Assembly (NCBI RefSeq): GCF_040938485.1
Contig: NW_027271376.1
Span: 434,001 to 498,000, forward strand
Direction: 5' to 3'
Length of the DNA stretch: 64,000 nucleotides
Origin: Diadema antillarum
Taxonomy: Eukaryota
Shown: positions 63,259-64,000 of the stretch, piece after piece
Position numbering within the stretch: position 1 is the stretch's first letter
How the letters are laid out: the number at the start of each line of letters is the position of its first letter
The notes under the pieces: generated by a model
Told to the model about the DNA's origin: nothing
What the model saw: the letters and a program-made list of their open reading frames with translations, nothing else
Database searches by the model: none
Translations under genes and position numbers: made by a program

Positions 63259-63943
63259 GTAAGTATCATTTTCCCTTATGAGTCTGCTCTGGTTGTAGTC
63301 AGCATTTTTTTTTTTTTTTTTTTTTTTTGTATGGATGGAATCGTGCTGTACTAGATAAAAAGCAGATAAATACCTCTACCCCAGAGAAAAATATCTGAGG
63401 CACAATGTGGTGGAAAAATTAGTGATGTGGATCTATCTTAGTGTACAGCCTCTTTGTAGAAAGTATTGATGTTCTTTCACTTCCTTGTGTGATATTGCTC
63501 CTAATTTTTAATGTCACTTTATTTTTTCAGAGAAACTTAGAAAAAGATATGAAAGAATTAAAAAAAAGTGCCCTCTGTAAAGCATGTTTAATATAATAAT
63601 GTCTCCATGTACAAAAGAAATTACTAGTAGCTGTAGATGAATGATGAAGACAGTAAATGATGGTCACTGTAATCAACGACACATTACAAGTCTGTAGGAT
63701 GGCTGATGAATGATATTCATGTGATTGAATTGAATTGAATCGATTAGATAGTATCAAATTAATTATGAGAGAAATGATTTTTTCCTGTGTTTTGTAGTGT
63801 TTTGGTTTATTCGTCTTATTAGACGCTGCAAATAAATTGATTGAGGACTTACCTTCTGATATGATATGAAGGGGAAAGACTAAGATGACATGTGACAAAG
63901 TTGTTTGATGGACAAATTTGTGTGTGTGTGCTTTCGTTGCCAG

Positions 63944-64000
63944 GAGGCTAAGAAGGGCAAGCGGCGGGTGCTGGCCCAGGGGGTCATCAACATGAAGGAC
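63944..64000 (+). CDS. EHBP1: EHBP1 coding exon 5 (partial, runs off window)
   Basis: ctttcgttgccag| then EAKKGKRRVLAQGVINMKD, corresponding to the RRKALATSSINMK segment. Confidence 0.92.

Noticed and set aside
1-64000. tRNA, rRNA or Otx homeobox genes
   Set aside because: None recognised by eye; the only tRNA-related sequence is the PBS. tRNAscan-SE or Infernal would be needed to exclude them formally.

Overview
AT-rich eukaryotic genomic DNA. The repeat families suggest an invertebrate deuterostome such as a sea urchin; this is inference only. Two main things are present. (1) The 5' part of an EHBP1 orthologue on the + strand: five coding exons (39341-39444, 61413-61470, 62187-62282, 63202-63258, 63944-window end) splice in frame to 124 aa of the N-terminal NT-C2 domain, with a 22-kb first coding intron. 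(2) An apparently intact, very young Gmr1-like Ty3/Gypsy LTR retrotransposon (22173-29525). Its two 1120-bp LTRs look identical by eye, and it has one uninterrupted gag-pol ORF with the atypical order PR-IN-RT-RH. The rest is intronic or intergenic DNA with MITEs, two Helentron-associated (DINE-1/HINE-like) elements, LINE and Harbinger relics, microsatellites and a 211-N gap. The most interesting signals are: a predicted splice that would turn the single ORF into a Gag-only mRNA; a second predicted splice that removes the PBS; unusual element ends (no TSD, U5-PBS spacer repeated at the right end); cUACGg hairpins; a Penelope-like relic with a hammerhead-like core next to a perfect 70-bp palindrome; and a CpG-rich, apparently bidirectional promoter with RFX X-boxes inside the EHBP1 intron. 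All splice, structure and function claims come from reading the sequence by eye and need RNA or computational confirmation.
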